Source of the DNA: Obrimoposthia wandeli
Lineage: Eukaryota
Assembly (NCBI GenBank): GCA_977020255.1
Contig: CDROCS010000207.1
Span: forward strand, 186,001 to 250,000
Direction of reading: 5' to 3'
DNA length: 64,000 nucleotides
Under the pieces are notes generated by a model, which worked only from the letters and a program-made list of their open reading frames with translations, made no database searches and was not told the origin of the DNA. Position numbers and translations under genes: made by a program. Below, piece by piece: positions 13,652 to 25,570 of this stretch (within the stretch, counting starts at the first letter, position 1; every line of letters begins with the position of its first letter).

Positions 13652-14899
13652 ATCTTCAAGAACAAAAAATTTAAATATTTTTAAATTTATGCCAAATTAT
13701 TTTGTTAGTTTTTGTTAAAGTTAAACAAATTTTAATTTAACGAATTTTTTAAAAATAAATATTAAAGTATTATTATTTTAAATAAATATTAAGCAAAAAA
13801 AAATTTACATCAAAATTTTTAAAAAATAAAATATTGAAATGTAATTTTTTTTAATATAAAAATAAACTAAGCAAAAAGTTTAAACAAAAGTTTAAAATTT
13901 TTTTTGTGAATATTTAAATTTACGCAAAGTATTTATTGTTTTTTATTGATGTAGTATAAAAAATTTGATATTAAACTTAAAGAAACCAAACATATTGACG
14001 GAGTAAAACAATATAAACACAATATTCAACTGCTTGACGTCAAGGAGCCGTCGCAACCACGTTGACAATATTCATCTTGATGCCAAAATAATCAGTTGTT
14101 GACTGAATCACGTCAAGTTGTCTGAATTGTCCTCAAGACTGTGACAATATCAACCACAGTTCCTGCAAACTTGCAGAAATCACCTTCTTGGCAAATCATT
14201 AGCAATAGGCACGAATCAACGAGTACAGAAGATATTTAAGAAAAGTTTAAACTATTTTTCACAATCTTATATCATATATGTAATAGATAATCGAGACGAA
14301 TGATTAGCAGACATTTTTCAAGGATTGGGCAATGAATAAAAATGAAATCTAACTAAAAAAAAGTTAATCTTACTGAACAGGATGCACAAGCTGAAGGATT
14401 AACAGAAAATAGGCAAAGTAATTTTTCCAGTAATTCTAAAAGATTGTAAGCAATATCGAGACGAAGAATTAGCAGGAATTACTCAAGAATTGGACAATGA
14501 TTTAAAATGTATTTGGTAATTTATAATGGACTCCCGAGTTTTACAAGTAGCTAATTGAATTGTGAGAGAAATTAAATGTCGAAATATTAAATTATAATTG
14601 AAACGTAAATTTATCAGTAAAGAGGAAGTATCTGAAATCAAAAGAATATAAATTTTAATTGTTGATGGAACATTTGAGTGATGGAAGTTTCAATTAGAAC
14701 AAAATTGATTATTCTCAAATACTGCAACTGACACCATGAATATAATATTGGTTAAAAAACTTATAAAAAGGCCTAGACTCAACCTACTAGAAAAACGTTC
14801 CATATCGTCTATCGGGAAGGTCATTTGGAAGTAGAGTCGACAAGCTTATAACTTGCTCATTTTCTTTAGTCTAGGCTCTGCCAGAATATTTTTGAATCA

Positions 14900-15600
14900 A
14901 CATAATATTTGGCCTAATTCATATCAAACCTATATCACATTACAATAGTTTTGGGAGTAAATGTTGGATAATTGAACACAGAACGAACTCACAAACTCAA
15001 AAGAAACCCCAACATCAGTAGAAATGTATTTTCTTATTATATACATCTTTTTGATATGACTGTTTTTCTTATCACTTTATTAATTTGACAATTCATTTAA
15101 TTTTTTCGTCGAAGATGCAACTAATGATAATTCTTTTATGTTTTAAATCAAAAATCTTTCAAATGGCAGGTATTAAAATCTTTCTTTCTTTATTACAGTT
15201 TACATTTTTTCTTAGATCCAAATAATATAGTTAAGGTTTTATTTTTGATTAATATTCAATTGTCTTGATTTCATCAATATAGCCATATATATACTGAGAT
15301 TTTCCATTTCATGGCCATTAATCGTTGTGTGTCATCTGCATAAAAGGGAAAATAAATATCACCGTTCTATGTAATCGTTACGATTGACAATGTATTAATC
15401 CAAAATAGGATTGGAACAACAATCGATCCCTAAGGAGCATTGTACTTTAAGGATATTCAGGATCTGAGACTGTTGTCAATTTTGGAAATATTAATGCAAC
15501 TTTAATTTAAAAATCAATTGTAATTTCTTTATGATTTGACAAACTTAATCACATGATTAAAATAAATGTATTTACTTAATATTTGCTTATTTTTGTTTTA
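14900..15600 (-). mobile_element. Degenerate LINE (L2/CR1-like) reverse transcriptase
   Basis: Minus strand AP*GSIVVPILFWIN (~15440-15395; GVPQGSVLGP.LF motif) and FYADDTQ (~15350-15330; YADD catalytic motif), preceded by YFQN*QQSQI (SYL.NR.Q.V). Confidence 0.72.
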
Positions 15601-16599
15601 AAACACGAAGCATCTTAAGTATCTCAGATTTCAAATATATTTCAAATAAATACATTAGATAAAATTAGAAATATTTGTTCTACAAAGAAATATTTCCAGC
15701 AATTTAATGAGGACGTTATTTTGAATGTAATTGATGTTGATAATATTTCTAAGTGAATTTTAGCTCCTCAACTGACAAGTAGTATTTAATTTCAATTAGT
15801 AATTGGATATAGCAGATATCTCTGAGCACTATCGAATATCAAAGAGCTCCAATATCGAATTGGGGTAAACATTGTTTTAGTCAGATCCTTGCTCGATAAA
15901 GAAGACAAATCTCTCTGTCAATTGAGGTTCAGTTCACCCACATAGTCGTTATATTTCCTAATCATAGTTTAAAGCCACATTAGGAATTGTTTTCATTATG
16001 GAAGGCTATAATTAAATTTTCTTCTGTATCGGTTATACTTAATCAAATAAGTAATGTCTTACAGACAAAGGATCATTCTTCTAAATTTTATTTCTTATTT
16101 ATTTATTTTAATTAATAAGAATGGTTGCTACTATGGTGTTTGTAACACAAATTGAGCAATAAATATATTGGCTTCTATGAACATTGCATTAAATCTTTCT
16201 CTAAATTTTCGAAACAGGTCTCCACTTCTTCGTTGAAAAAGAACTTCAAATGGAAATGTTAGGACACAGCTTTCAAGTATCTTGGAAAAACTGACAGTCC
16301 TCAATTTTAGAAAATGGGTCTTCATTAAAGATTCGGACAGTTTATAATTGCTATTTAATAGTTTTGTGGTGACGTTGGATCAAAATGATTAAAGTAATAA
16401 CAAAATGATTCTGAGTAGTTTTGTTTATATATTCACAATTTGTTAGAATAAAAAGTTTAAATCTACGACTTACGACTTCTACAGTTTAAAGAGTACTTTT
16501 ATTTTAAAGAAAGAATACGTTTCTCAGGGTGAAATTTACTGAAATATGTGTTTAATTGAAATTCAATGAAAGTAGCATATTAATGAGGAGCAATTAGTA

Positions 16600-16950
16600 T
16601 AAATTGGGACATCATTTACCAAGTAAATCAGAAATATTTAAGTAAATTGCAGAGCTTCCTCGTACTGCAGTTTCTCGGAAAACGGTTCTTCGCACAACCT
16701 TATATGGTACATTTAAAAGGTATGGAAGAAATGCGAGATTGAACGAGCAAGGTTAAATGCCAGAGAGAAAGTGAGAAAGAACTCTAAGTTTAAAGACATT
16801 TTTTCAACGAGGTCTTGACAATAAATTCAATATTAGTCTGTCATATTTAAGTAAACTTATGCATGAAGAAGGTGTGAAAGCATATAAAAGTATGGTTTGG
16901 AAACATGTGAATTAATCCCAGCGTTGAAACGTTTTGTAGGAAGACGAGGA
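16600..16950 (+). mobile_element. Possible Tc1-like transposase N-terminal (HTH) remnant
   Basis: Fragments VRKNSK and MHEEGVKAYKS resemble the Tc1 'V.KNP...L...G..VS' region. Highly decayed. Confidence 0.3.
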
Positions 16951-17149
16951 TGACCCAGAATTATCCTGTCAAATAATAGAAAGATTTTTATCAGGAACTG
17001 CAAAGTACTTAAAATAGCAGGTCAGATATACGTATAAGATAAAAATACATTTGCATAAAAATGATATAAGATGGGTTTTTAACTGATATTATGCCAGAAA
17101 CATTGAGGAAGAGGTGTTCAAAAGTATGATGAAGTGCACAAAAATACCA

Positions 17150-17600
17150 TGTATATACTCCTAATAGCAGTGGACATCACCGATGAAGAAATGGAGACAG
17201 TATTGATCAATTCCATATCGATCAGAATAAAATCTATGGCCCCGAATGAGAGTGACGTATGGACACCAAGTCACCTCTTAATTAAATAAGCACATGAATA
17301 AACGGACTTGGAAGGAGAAAGGTGGCGCATAATGAAACGTTAGATATTAGTGCAGAGATTGGCCACAACTATATACAAAAGTAGAATGGAGAAGATAGGC
17401 GCCAAAATAGTGATGAAATCAAGAGCGCACGCATCTAACAGGGGACGATTTGGTGTGGGTTGATTTATAGATAAAGTGAGAGAGAACAATGGATTTTGGG
17501 GGAATTCGTAAAAGTGAATCAGAAAGTAGATCAGAAAGTTAGAGTGGCATAGTGAAGATTGAATGAAAGGTAAAACTGAAGTCAATAGGTCATTTGCTCA
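17150..17600 (-). mobile_element. Possible LINE ORF2 remnant (endonuclease/linker)
   Basis: Minus-strand fragments GAIDFILID and PTPNRPLLDACALDFITILAPIF loosely resemble APE 'IDYIL' and pre-RT 'IP..LLK.C...L.P.I' motifs. Confidence 0.3.
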
Positions 17601-19028
17601 GATTGAAGTGTAATGATTAATGTGAAGGTCAGGATTGTTGTGATGATTGAATGGATGTAACAGAAGGAGCTTAAAGTAGCACAATTAGGCTATCCTTATA
17701 TGTATTGATCTAGACTATAATGGTAGGAAGTGTGTAGTTATCATATTAATTTGCTAAAGAGTTGATATTGTTGATCTTGTTAGATATGTTAAGAATTTAA
17801 AAATATATTTAATATAATTTAGTAGTAAGAGACCAAGTGATGCCAAATGTGAACTAACAAGAATAAGTTTAAGTTAATTTATTGTTTTAATAATACATAT
17901 AAATAAGTAACTTCGTTAGAAAGTGTAGTCCCTTTTCATTGATTACATGGTTTCCCTTTGGGAAGTCTTTCCGGAAAATATAAATTTCGTACATAACTCA
18001 GAAGAAAATCAATTCTAAAATTAAAGAAACTGATTTTAAAAACAGCAAATTTTAAGAAAGGCAATGAAAAAGCTGATTACTATTTAATTCTTGAATACAT
18101 GCAGAAATAAACAAAAGAAAGAAAAGTAAAAATAAGAGTAACCTAGAAGGAAAGAAGTATTTAAAACATAAGAATATGAGGACATTTAATTTTCCACATA
18201 GGTAGATTTTTTTCTATTTCATCCTTATTCTAATCATAAAGTCCAATTGTTACAATTCATTGCTTAATTTTGGAAATGCATCAACATTTATTTCTTTTCC
18301 CTATTCATCTAAAAAGGCTGTATCATCTCCTAGGAAATAAAATTCATTCTCTTTGAATGTAAAACTTGACATTACTTTTTCAACTTTCTGTTTAAGATAT
18401 AGAAAATCTGGTTTTTGAATATTTGATAGATATTAGCTAAACATTCTTCTTTCAATTGTCACAGGATTTACTAAAGCAATCAGTTGAGCCTTCATCATGT
18501 ACCTGGCTTTGAATTTGATAACTTTTTCATCACTGATAATTTTCTTTAAAATGAATGCATGATTTGTTTTCCAATGAAACATTTTTATACTAATTTGTAA
18601 CAAAGACATAAATATTATTGGTTAATATAACTAAGCCATTGTATTTATTTTACAAAATATATATATTTTATTTTTGTTATCTTTGCTATAAACTATAAAC
18701 AAACCCGTTTAAATTAATAAAAAAAATCAAATACAGACAATGACGTGGATTGATTTGTCGACGAAATATTTTCTGGAAACTTTAAGGTTAAACAAATTTT
18801 ATCAGAATTAAAAAATAATGATATCACAAGAGATAACAATTGGAGATAAATATTGGTTAGATCACACGTTATTCGAGAATTTAGAAATTGAACAAAAATA
18901 AATAAAATTATAGCCAAATATTCATTAATTAATTTTTGTATTTCATCTACAAAGCTCTAACAGTGTACATTTCAATAAGGAAACTTCTATGATAATATAA
19001 ACAATATTAAAATGAAAGAGTGTATGTA

Positions 19029-19692
19029 ATGGAGCTAAATAATAATGCTGTATTTCAAATAGTTGGTCCCAGTAGAAGTGGAAAGACACATTTCGTATGT
19101 AAATGTTGCAAAATGAATCTCTTTTCAATTCTAGTTTCAAAAATATTAATTGGCATCATGATGGAGGAGGGGAAAGCGGATTAACCAAAACAGAAGTTTG
19201 CAAGTTGAAGGGAATAAAATTTATAGAAGGATTTGATGCGAATTGGTGTGGAAGATTGAAAAAAGAAGATGTAATAATAATTGATGATTTGTATCAGGAA
19301 CTAACAAGGAATTGGACTTTAATAATTTATTTACAAAGTTTGCAAGACATCGTGAAGTAACAGTTATATTTATAACTCAAAATCTTTTTCACAAAGGAAG
19401 TTATCATAGAACAAGAAATCTTAATGTACATTACTTAGTTTTATTTAAAAATCCTAGACATCAAACAGTTGTAAATTTCGTAGCTACACAGGCATTTCCA
19501 CAAAATAAGAACTTTCTAGTTGATTCATTCCTTGATGCTGCTAAACATGCACATGGGTATATATTTATTGACTTTACACAAGCTTGCCCAGATGATTTAC
19601 GAGTTTTAACAGATATATTTAATTTTAAGGGAGTAACTGTTTATAAACAAACAGAGAACAATTATATAAAATTAATTTTCAATGTATTTTAA
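19029..19692 (+). pseudogene. Polinton/Maverick A32-like (FtsK-HerA) packaging ATPase, two frameshifts
   Basis: ATG at 19029: MELNNNAVFQIVGPSRSGKTHFVCK (Walker A), IIIDDLYQE (Walker B), then LFTKFARHREVTVIFITQNLF...RNLNVHYLVLFKNPR...YIFIDFTQ, the typical Polinton ATPase signature. Frameshifts near 19103 and 19310. Confidence 0.9.
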
Positions 19693-19859
19693 GAAGTTGA
19701 TAGTAAAACGTAAACGCAAAGTAAAGTCAAAGCATAAGAAATCAAAAAAAGAATCAGTAAGAGAAAAGAAGTGAGTAAATTAATTAAGTCTGTAGTTCGA
19801 AGTAAAGGAAAACTTAAATGGCTTCGAATATAAACAATATTCAAATTGAACTTTTTTAA

Positions 19860-20170
19860 ATGAAAAAGTACAAAGAAGCATACCTTATTTAAAATCTTTG
19901 ATCAAAGCTTCTTATTATAAGAAATGAGTATTCTTAAAGCTTTTCCATCTTTCGTTGTAGATGATTTATTGGAAGTTTGTATAATATAGTTTTGGGTCGA
20001 ATAAAAATTGGAAAACGAAAAAATATAATCAAGAATATAGAAAAACTCTTCTAAATATTGCTAATGTAAAAAGTAAAAAAAGGAAACGAAATATTATTCT
20101 TAAACATAATAAAGGTTTCATAGGAGCTGTTATACCCGTTCTTGATTTAATTATTAGTAGTATTATAGCT
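19860..20170 (+). pseudogene. Small basic Polinton-type ORF between ATPase and integrase (frameshifted)
   Basis: Fragments LKAFPSFVVDDLLEV / YNIVLGRIKIG / YRKTLLNIANVKSKKRKRNIILKHNKGFIGAVIPVL. A related sequence recurs at ~24120-24390 in the same position. Confidence 0.5.
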
Positions 20171-20260
20171 GCAACACGGACATAAACAATTATTTCAAAA
20201 ATCACGTAAAGATATATTCTTTACCTTAATTTCAATTTTATATATATTCAAATTGTTGTA

Positions 20261-20485
20261 ATGGAGAAAATATTGTTCAATCCAAAAGATCCAATTGGCT
20301 ACACAGGAGTTTCAAAATTGGCAAAAAGAACAAAAGATAATTACAAGAAATCGCAGAAACCGCTGAGTGATCAGTTAGCCTACAGTCTCAACAAACCGAT
20401 GAGAAGAAGGTTTTCAACTAGAGTATACAAAACCAGCGGTCCTTATAATTTATGGCAAATGTATTTGATGGAGATCTATACTTAT
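20261..20485 (+). mobile_element. Polinton retroviral-like integrase, N-terminal fragment
   Basis: MEKILFNPKDPIGYTGVSKL...DQLAYSLNKPMRRRFSTR...NLWQMYLMEI matches Polinton INT 'YDP..P.SF.G..KL...Q.AYTLHKP.RR.F..R...WQADL.DM'. Truncated by a minus-strand polymerase fragment. Confidence 0.85.
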
Positions 20486-20499
20486 CCACTTTCGCTTAT

Positions 20500-21620
20500 C
20501 ATCTCTATTACTCAATGCAATTTTCTTACTAATTATCGTAAAATTTGATCATTAATACTCAGAAAGTTTTGTTTATCAACCTTTAATATTTCACAATTAC
20601 GCCAATTATTAATATAAGCCGAATGAGATATTTTAGTATCCTTTCTTGTCTCCTTCGCTTTATGTTTTTCTGTAACTTCATAAAATACAAGACAGTATAG
20701 TTTTGTCCTTCAAAATCATCATTCTTTATACATTTCTCCTTCAATCTTATCCATAAATTTTCCTACGATACTTTCAAATCATTACTAAATAACATCTGAT
20801 TTCTCGGATAGTTTGGCGTGTCTAAAATACCATATGAAATCATTTGAGGTAGCTACCGTTCAACTAAGTTTACACCTTTAGATTCCAACAAAAAAAATCA
20901 GTATCACCAGCTGCTGTAATTATACTAAAGTTAAACATCTGACGATACCTATCCAACTGTTCATATTGAAAATGATAAATGCGCAGCTATGGCAGATATA
21001 GAATTGCTTGCCCTACATATATTAGTGTATAAAGCAAAACAACTTCTTTATCCATCAAAACTATAACTAAATCATAAGCAATAACACAAGATCTCCTCAA
21101 TGTAAGCTTCGAACTTAGACAAAGGAATTTTGTCGACATACTACAAAATTTAATATTAAGTCGCTTCTTCAGATTCTTTATTATTTTTCCAAACAAGCTA
21201 CAATTTTTAAGTTTATTAAAGTTTTTCTCAAATTTGAATTTTGTTTCTAAATTCTTTTTTGTATTAAAATCTCTATATTTTTAAAAAAAACTCTAACTTG
21301 TTTAAATCTAATCACACAGTGAATATTACTTGTACTCATAGGGGAACATAAAATTTGAGAAGTCGTAAACGAATAATATAATTTCTCCTAGGTTCATGTG
21401 TGAGGAGAAATTTCTTGACCTTACTATTAGGGGACTGTTGTTTGATATGAGCTACAGTCAAAATGTCGAATTTATCATGGATATTTGCTGATATATACAT
21501 ATCAACTTCCAATACATAACTATATTCATCATTCACTTCTTTATGTTCATCCAAATCCCATAACAAACAAAGTAAAGCATCTCCATCATCAATCCATTTT
21601 AATTTGGATTTATACACTTA
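20500..21620 (-). mobile_element. Polinton protein-primed family B DNA polymerase (C-terminal half, decayed)
   Basis: LKWI...YSYVLEVDMYISANIHDKF...KKFLLTHEPRRNYI (21617-21336), FGKIIKNLKKRLNIK...LMDKEVVLLYTLIYVGQAILYL (21196-20987), GDTDF, LDTPNYP, GKFMDK. These follow the pPolB order 'GY.LEVDL.YP..LHD', 'FGKT.EN.RKR', 'PIYVG.AILDL', 'YxDTDS', 'GKFKDE'. Confidence 0.85.
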
Positions 21621-21713
21621 ACGGGTATAAGTGAGTCTGTTTGGATTTTACGTTTAAACGTATGCTTCTTAGTCGAGGCATATGTTAACTTCTTCTTTTT
21701 AAAATCAGAAAAG

Positions 21714-22394
21714 TGCTCTTGGTGTTTTTCATTAAAACATCTCATAACTATCAATAAAATATGTACTATAACTTGGACATACATAGTAATTATTACCAAT
21801 ATATTTTAGTTTGTAACAAGGTTCATGTAATAGAATGAAAATTATTATGAATCAACGCTAAACAATAATATGGTTATAAAAATTGTTACTGATAGGTTTT
21901 GAAAATAACTGCAGCTCTACTACACCTGATGTGGTAGGATTTTTTAGCTTCGTTGTCGCTGTCACCAACGTAGAAGTACTTTGCAGCTTCGTAGCAGACG
22001 ATGTGAAGAGTTGTTGGGGTGTCATCTGCATATATTTAAAGGGATTGTCAAATTCAGATTATGCTCTTGGTGTTTTTCATTAAAACATCTCATAACTATC
22101 AATAAAATATGTACTATAACTAGGACATACATAGTAATTATTACCAATATATTTTAGTTTGTAACAAGGTTCATGTAATAGCATGAAAATTATTATGAAT
22201 CAACGCTAAACAATAATATGGTTATAAAAATTGTTACTGATAGGTTTTGAAAATGAATGATGTGGTAGGATTTTGTAGCTTCGTTGTCGCTGTCACCGAC
22301 GTAGAAGTACTTTGCAGCTTCGTAGCAGACGATGTGAAGAGTTGTTGGGGTGTCATCTGCATATATTTAAAGGGATTGTCAAATTCAGATTATG
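21714..22394. repeat. Tandem duplication, ~348-bp unit x2
   Basis: gctcttggtgtttttcattaaaacatctc...aattcagattatg starts at 21715 and again at 22063. The second copy lacks the aactgcagctctactacacc segment. Confidence 0.9.
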
Positions 22395-23404
22395 TTCACA
22401 ACATAATTACAAAGGTATTGTTTTTACAAGTTGTTACTCATTTAGAGTTTAAATGGAAACCAAAACCGCACATAATTAAAACTATTGGTTGTACTATTAT
22501 AATATTCAAGACAGATATACGTTGAATTATTGGTTTCAAAAAACCTATATTATTCATCAACACTCCATCGAATATTCGTAGTGATAAAATTCAATCTATA
22601 GCGATATCTATAAGCTTCAAAAAATCAATAAATATATACAAACTTTAACGTAAAGTATCATGTATATATAAGCCAGAATTATTTCCATATTTATGCTTGA
22701 AGTTCAACCTGATATGTGTAAATATTTTTTCTATCTGAAAAGTTGTGATTTTAGGCATCAAATCATTAAACTATAAACATCAAATCAAACCAATAATGAA
22801 TCATATTGAAGATTGTATATTATTGGTTAAAATTTTACATATAAACATAATGTATATTAATTCACATCATTCTTTACACATGGAATACAAAAAGTCATTT
22901 TAATGTTTCAGTTACAAAATGAATACATTGAAGAGCAGCTAGAAATTTACCATTTCGTTACCAGTATTAATTAGTTTAGCCAAATTCAATCATCTCTATT
23001 ATATTACAATGTCAGATGTGGAAATTTGAATAAAACACTGAAGCGAATGAACATCAAGTATGCTTTTGAAAAAACGTTTATATTTATAAGATGCCAGGAT
23101 TTCTTTGATCGCTTTGAGAATAAAATAAACTTTGAAGATGATTATGAATGGTTGGTTAACATATCAATACAAGGATTCAATGAGAACGAAGGTCAATTCA
23201 CTCCAAATCTGGAAAATAAAGTCTGTTTATCAGTGTTTTAATTCATGTTATAACTCTATTATACATAAATAAAACCATAATAATATTATTTTTACATTTT
23301 ATAAATCTTTTATATGTATATTTATAAGCAAAATTGTTGAAGTAGTAACATAATAAATGTATTTTCTAGTAAAGTTTTATTTTGATTTTTTCAATAATAA
23401 TCTA

Positions 23405-24000
23405 GTTTATCAGGTGGTAGGGTTTTCTGGTAGCTGTAAAACGCATTTTGTTTGTAAATTATTGAAAAGTAAATTATTTAGAAAATCCTTAAAATGGATC
23501 AAGGTGTTGGTGGTAATGCCGGATTAACTAAAAATATATTTTGTTGTTTGAAAATGTTGATGTAATTAATGGTTTTGATGAAAGTTGGTTAAATAGTTTA
23601 AAAAAGAGAGAAGTTTTTGTAGTAGATGATTTGTATCAAGTAGCTAATAAAAAAGCCGATTTTAATAATATGTTTTCTAAAATTGGTGGTCATATGGAGG
23701 TTACTAAAAAATTCCAACACAAAATTTGTTTCATCAAAGAAGAGCTCATAGAACATGTAATATTAATGTACAATATTTGATATAATCTAAGAATCTTGTG
23801 ATCAAACTGTTGTGAATTTTATTGCCAGACAGGCTTATCCACATAATAAACGCTTTCTTGTTGATTCATTTCATGATGCAACAAAGAAGGCACATGATTT
23901 TTATTCATTGATTTTACACAAGATTGTCATGATGATTTTCGAGTATCTTCTGATTTATTTAATCCTGATGGTTATATTGTATATAAACAAACAATAATTG
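23405..24000 (+). pseudogene. Second, more decayed Polinton packaging ATPase
   Basis: YQVVGFSGSCKTHFVCKLL (23408 onward), INGFDESWLNSLKKREVFVVDDLYQ, FNNMFSKIGGH, FIARQAYPHNKRFLVDSFHDATK; collinear with 19029-19692. Confidence 0.82.
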
Positions 24001-24119
24001 ACAGCTAAATCAAAATGTTTTAAAATAATGTTATGATACCACGTGAGAAACGAGAAGTTAAAAAATTAATTTCCAATGTTTCATTTTTTAGAAATCCAAT
24101 CCTTATATTAATGTTTTAT

Positions 24120-24510
24120 TAAAGACACCTAATGCTCGTAGAATAAAAATTTTAAAGTCTTTCCCGACACTTGTAATATATGATATAATTAAAGTAATTA
24201 AAATCCTTAGCGGTAAAATTAAAGTTAGTGAAAACGCTAATGCATAAAGCAGTATAAACAACCACTTTTGCGTATTTTAAAAACAAAGAGTAATTTAGGT
24301 GAACTTAAAATATTTCTGAAACAATCTAGTGGTATTCCTCCAGTTTTAGCACCAATACTAGCATCACTTGCAGAGGGCGTTATAATTTAATTATTTTAAT
24401 GGGTCTCGGATCATCATAGATGTCAAATTTAAAATTTAATTTAAAATCTTCATACTGTAATGGAAAAAATGATGTCGATATGGTTTGATCTTAAGAATCC
24501 TGTTGGATTT
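24120..24510 (+). mobile_element. Second small basic ORF remnant plus integrase start (IWFDLKNPVG)
   Basis: LKSFPTLVI... and LKQSSGIPPVLAPILASLA fragments, then atggaaaaaatgatgtcgatatggtttgatcttaagaatcctgttgga at ~24460, paralleling 20261. Confidence 0.55.
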
Positions 24511-24889
24511 TTATAAATAAATGTTTGAACTGTTATATTTTGTTGGTTTGACAATTTGTTATTGACCCCAAATATCATGTCAAGAAATAGTTTTCTGAAA
24601 ACTAACTATTTCTTATAAATTGATTCAAAACAGTTAAGTCCGAAACTTGCTACCTTAAAAAGGCAAGGCCGAAACGTCCGTACCCGAAAAATGTGTCCAA
24701 ATGTATGGTCACCATTGTTTAGATACTTGTATAAGGTTTTTCTTAACATCGAAATTTCAGTTAAACCCGTTTTTTAAAAGAAGAATAAATTATGATTTAG
24801 TTCAAATATATTATTCTAGGTATCCGTACTAGAGAATACTAGATGAAATACTAGACATTGCATGTTCACAAGAATGTCAATGTATGTAC

Positions 24890-25570
24890 GCGTACAAAAT
24901 ATAGAAAACAAAGTTATTGACACTCTTCACATTTCAATGTTGGTGAACTTTCCTATTCAAGGTACGGGGGCAGATGAAGCAGATCTGTTTGCTCTGCGCA
25001 TCAGCTGCTGGTATAGCTGCACGCTATATTCGCTGTTCCACCACAAATCCGAAGTCTTTGGGAGGATCAAGGATGTGCTTCTGGAAACAATTCCGATGAG
25101 CGGCGTCGGTGTAGAAAAGTTGGACAGACGAAAGATTCACCGAAACTCTTTATGAAATAAACCACCTTTTCACGAACCCTGGAATTTTAATTGCAGCTGG
25201 CTGACGCTCCTTGAAAATAACGAATGCCTTGTATGCAGCAATGTCAAGAATGTCAGTAAAGATTTCCATGTGCTACCGCCTTGACCTACGGTAGCAAGTG
25301 TAGTTGTATATCTTCTAGTCCATGGCATCGACAAAACTCTGGGTGTAATTGCAGTATCTAATGGCATTATTAAGGTGAAGATTTCCATGTGCTACCGCCT
25401 TGACCTACGGTAGCAAGTGTAGTTGTATATCTTCTAGTACATGGCATCGACAAAACTATGGGTGTAATTGCAGTATCTAATGGCATTATTAAGGTGAAAG
25501 ATTGACAGAGGAAGCAGAGCCTTGGACTATTTTTGTTTGAAAGAAATCATGATGATACAGTTGTTCCGAT
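24890..25570 (-). mobile_element. Degenerate piggyBac transposase, C-terminal part
   Basis: Minus strand IRYCNYTQSFVDAMD*KIYNYTCYRRSRR*HMEIFTDILDIAAYKAFVIF matches 'YN.TKGGVD..DQ...Y...RRT.RWP..IF..ILDIA..NAFV'. KQICFICPRTLNRKV matches the C-terminal Cys-rich domain. Confidence 0.8.
25259..25497. repeat. 119-bp tandem duplication inside the piggyBac remnant
   Basis: gatttccatgtgctaccgcc...ggcattattaaggtg at 25261 and 25380, differing by two substitutions. Confidence 0.92.

Noticed and set aside
18100-18600. Polinton capsid gene remnant (also 49100-49450)
   Set aside because: Position next to the ATPase is suggestive, but the translated fragments lacked recognisable jelly-roll motifs.
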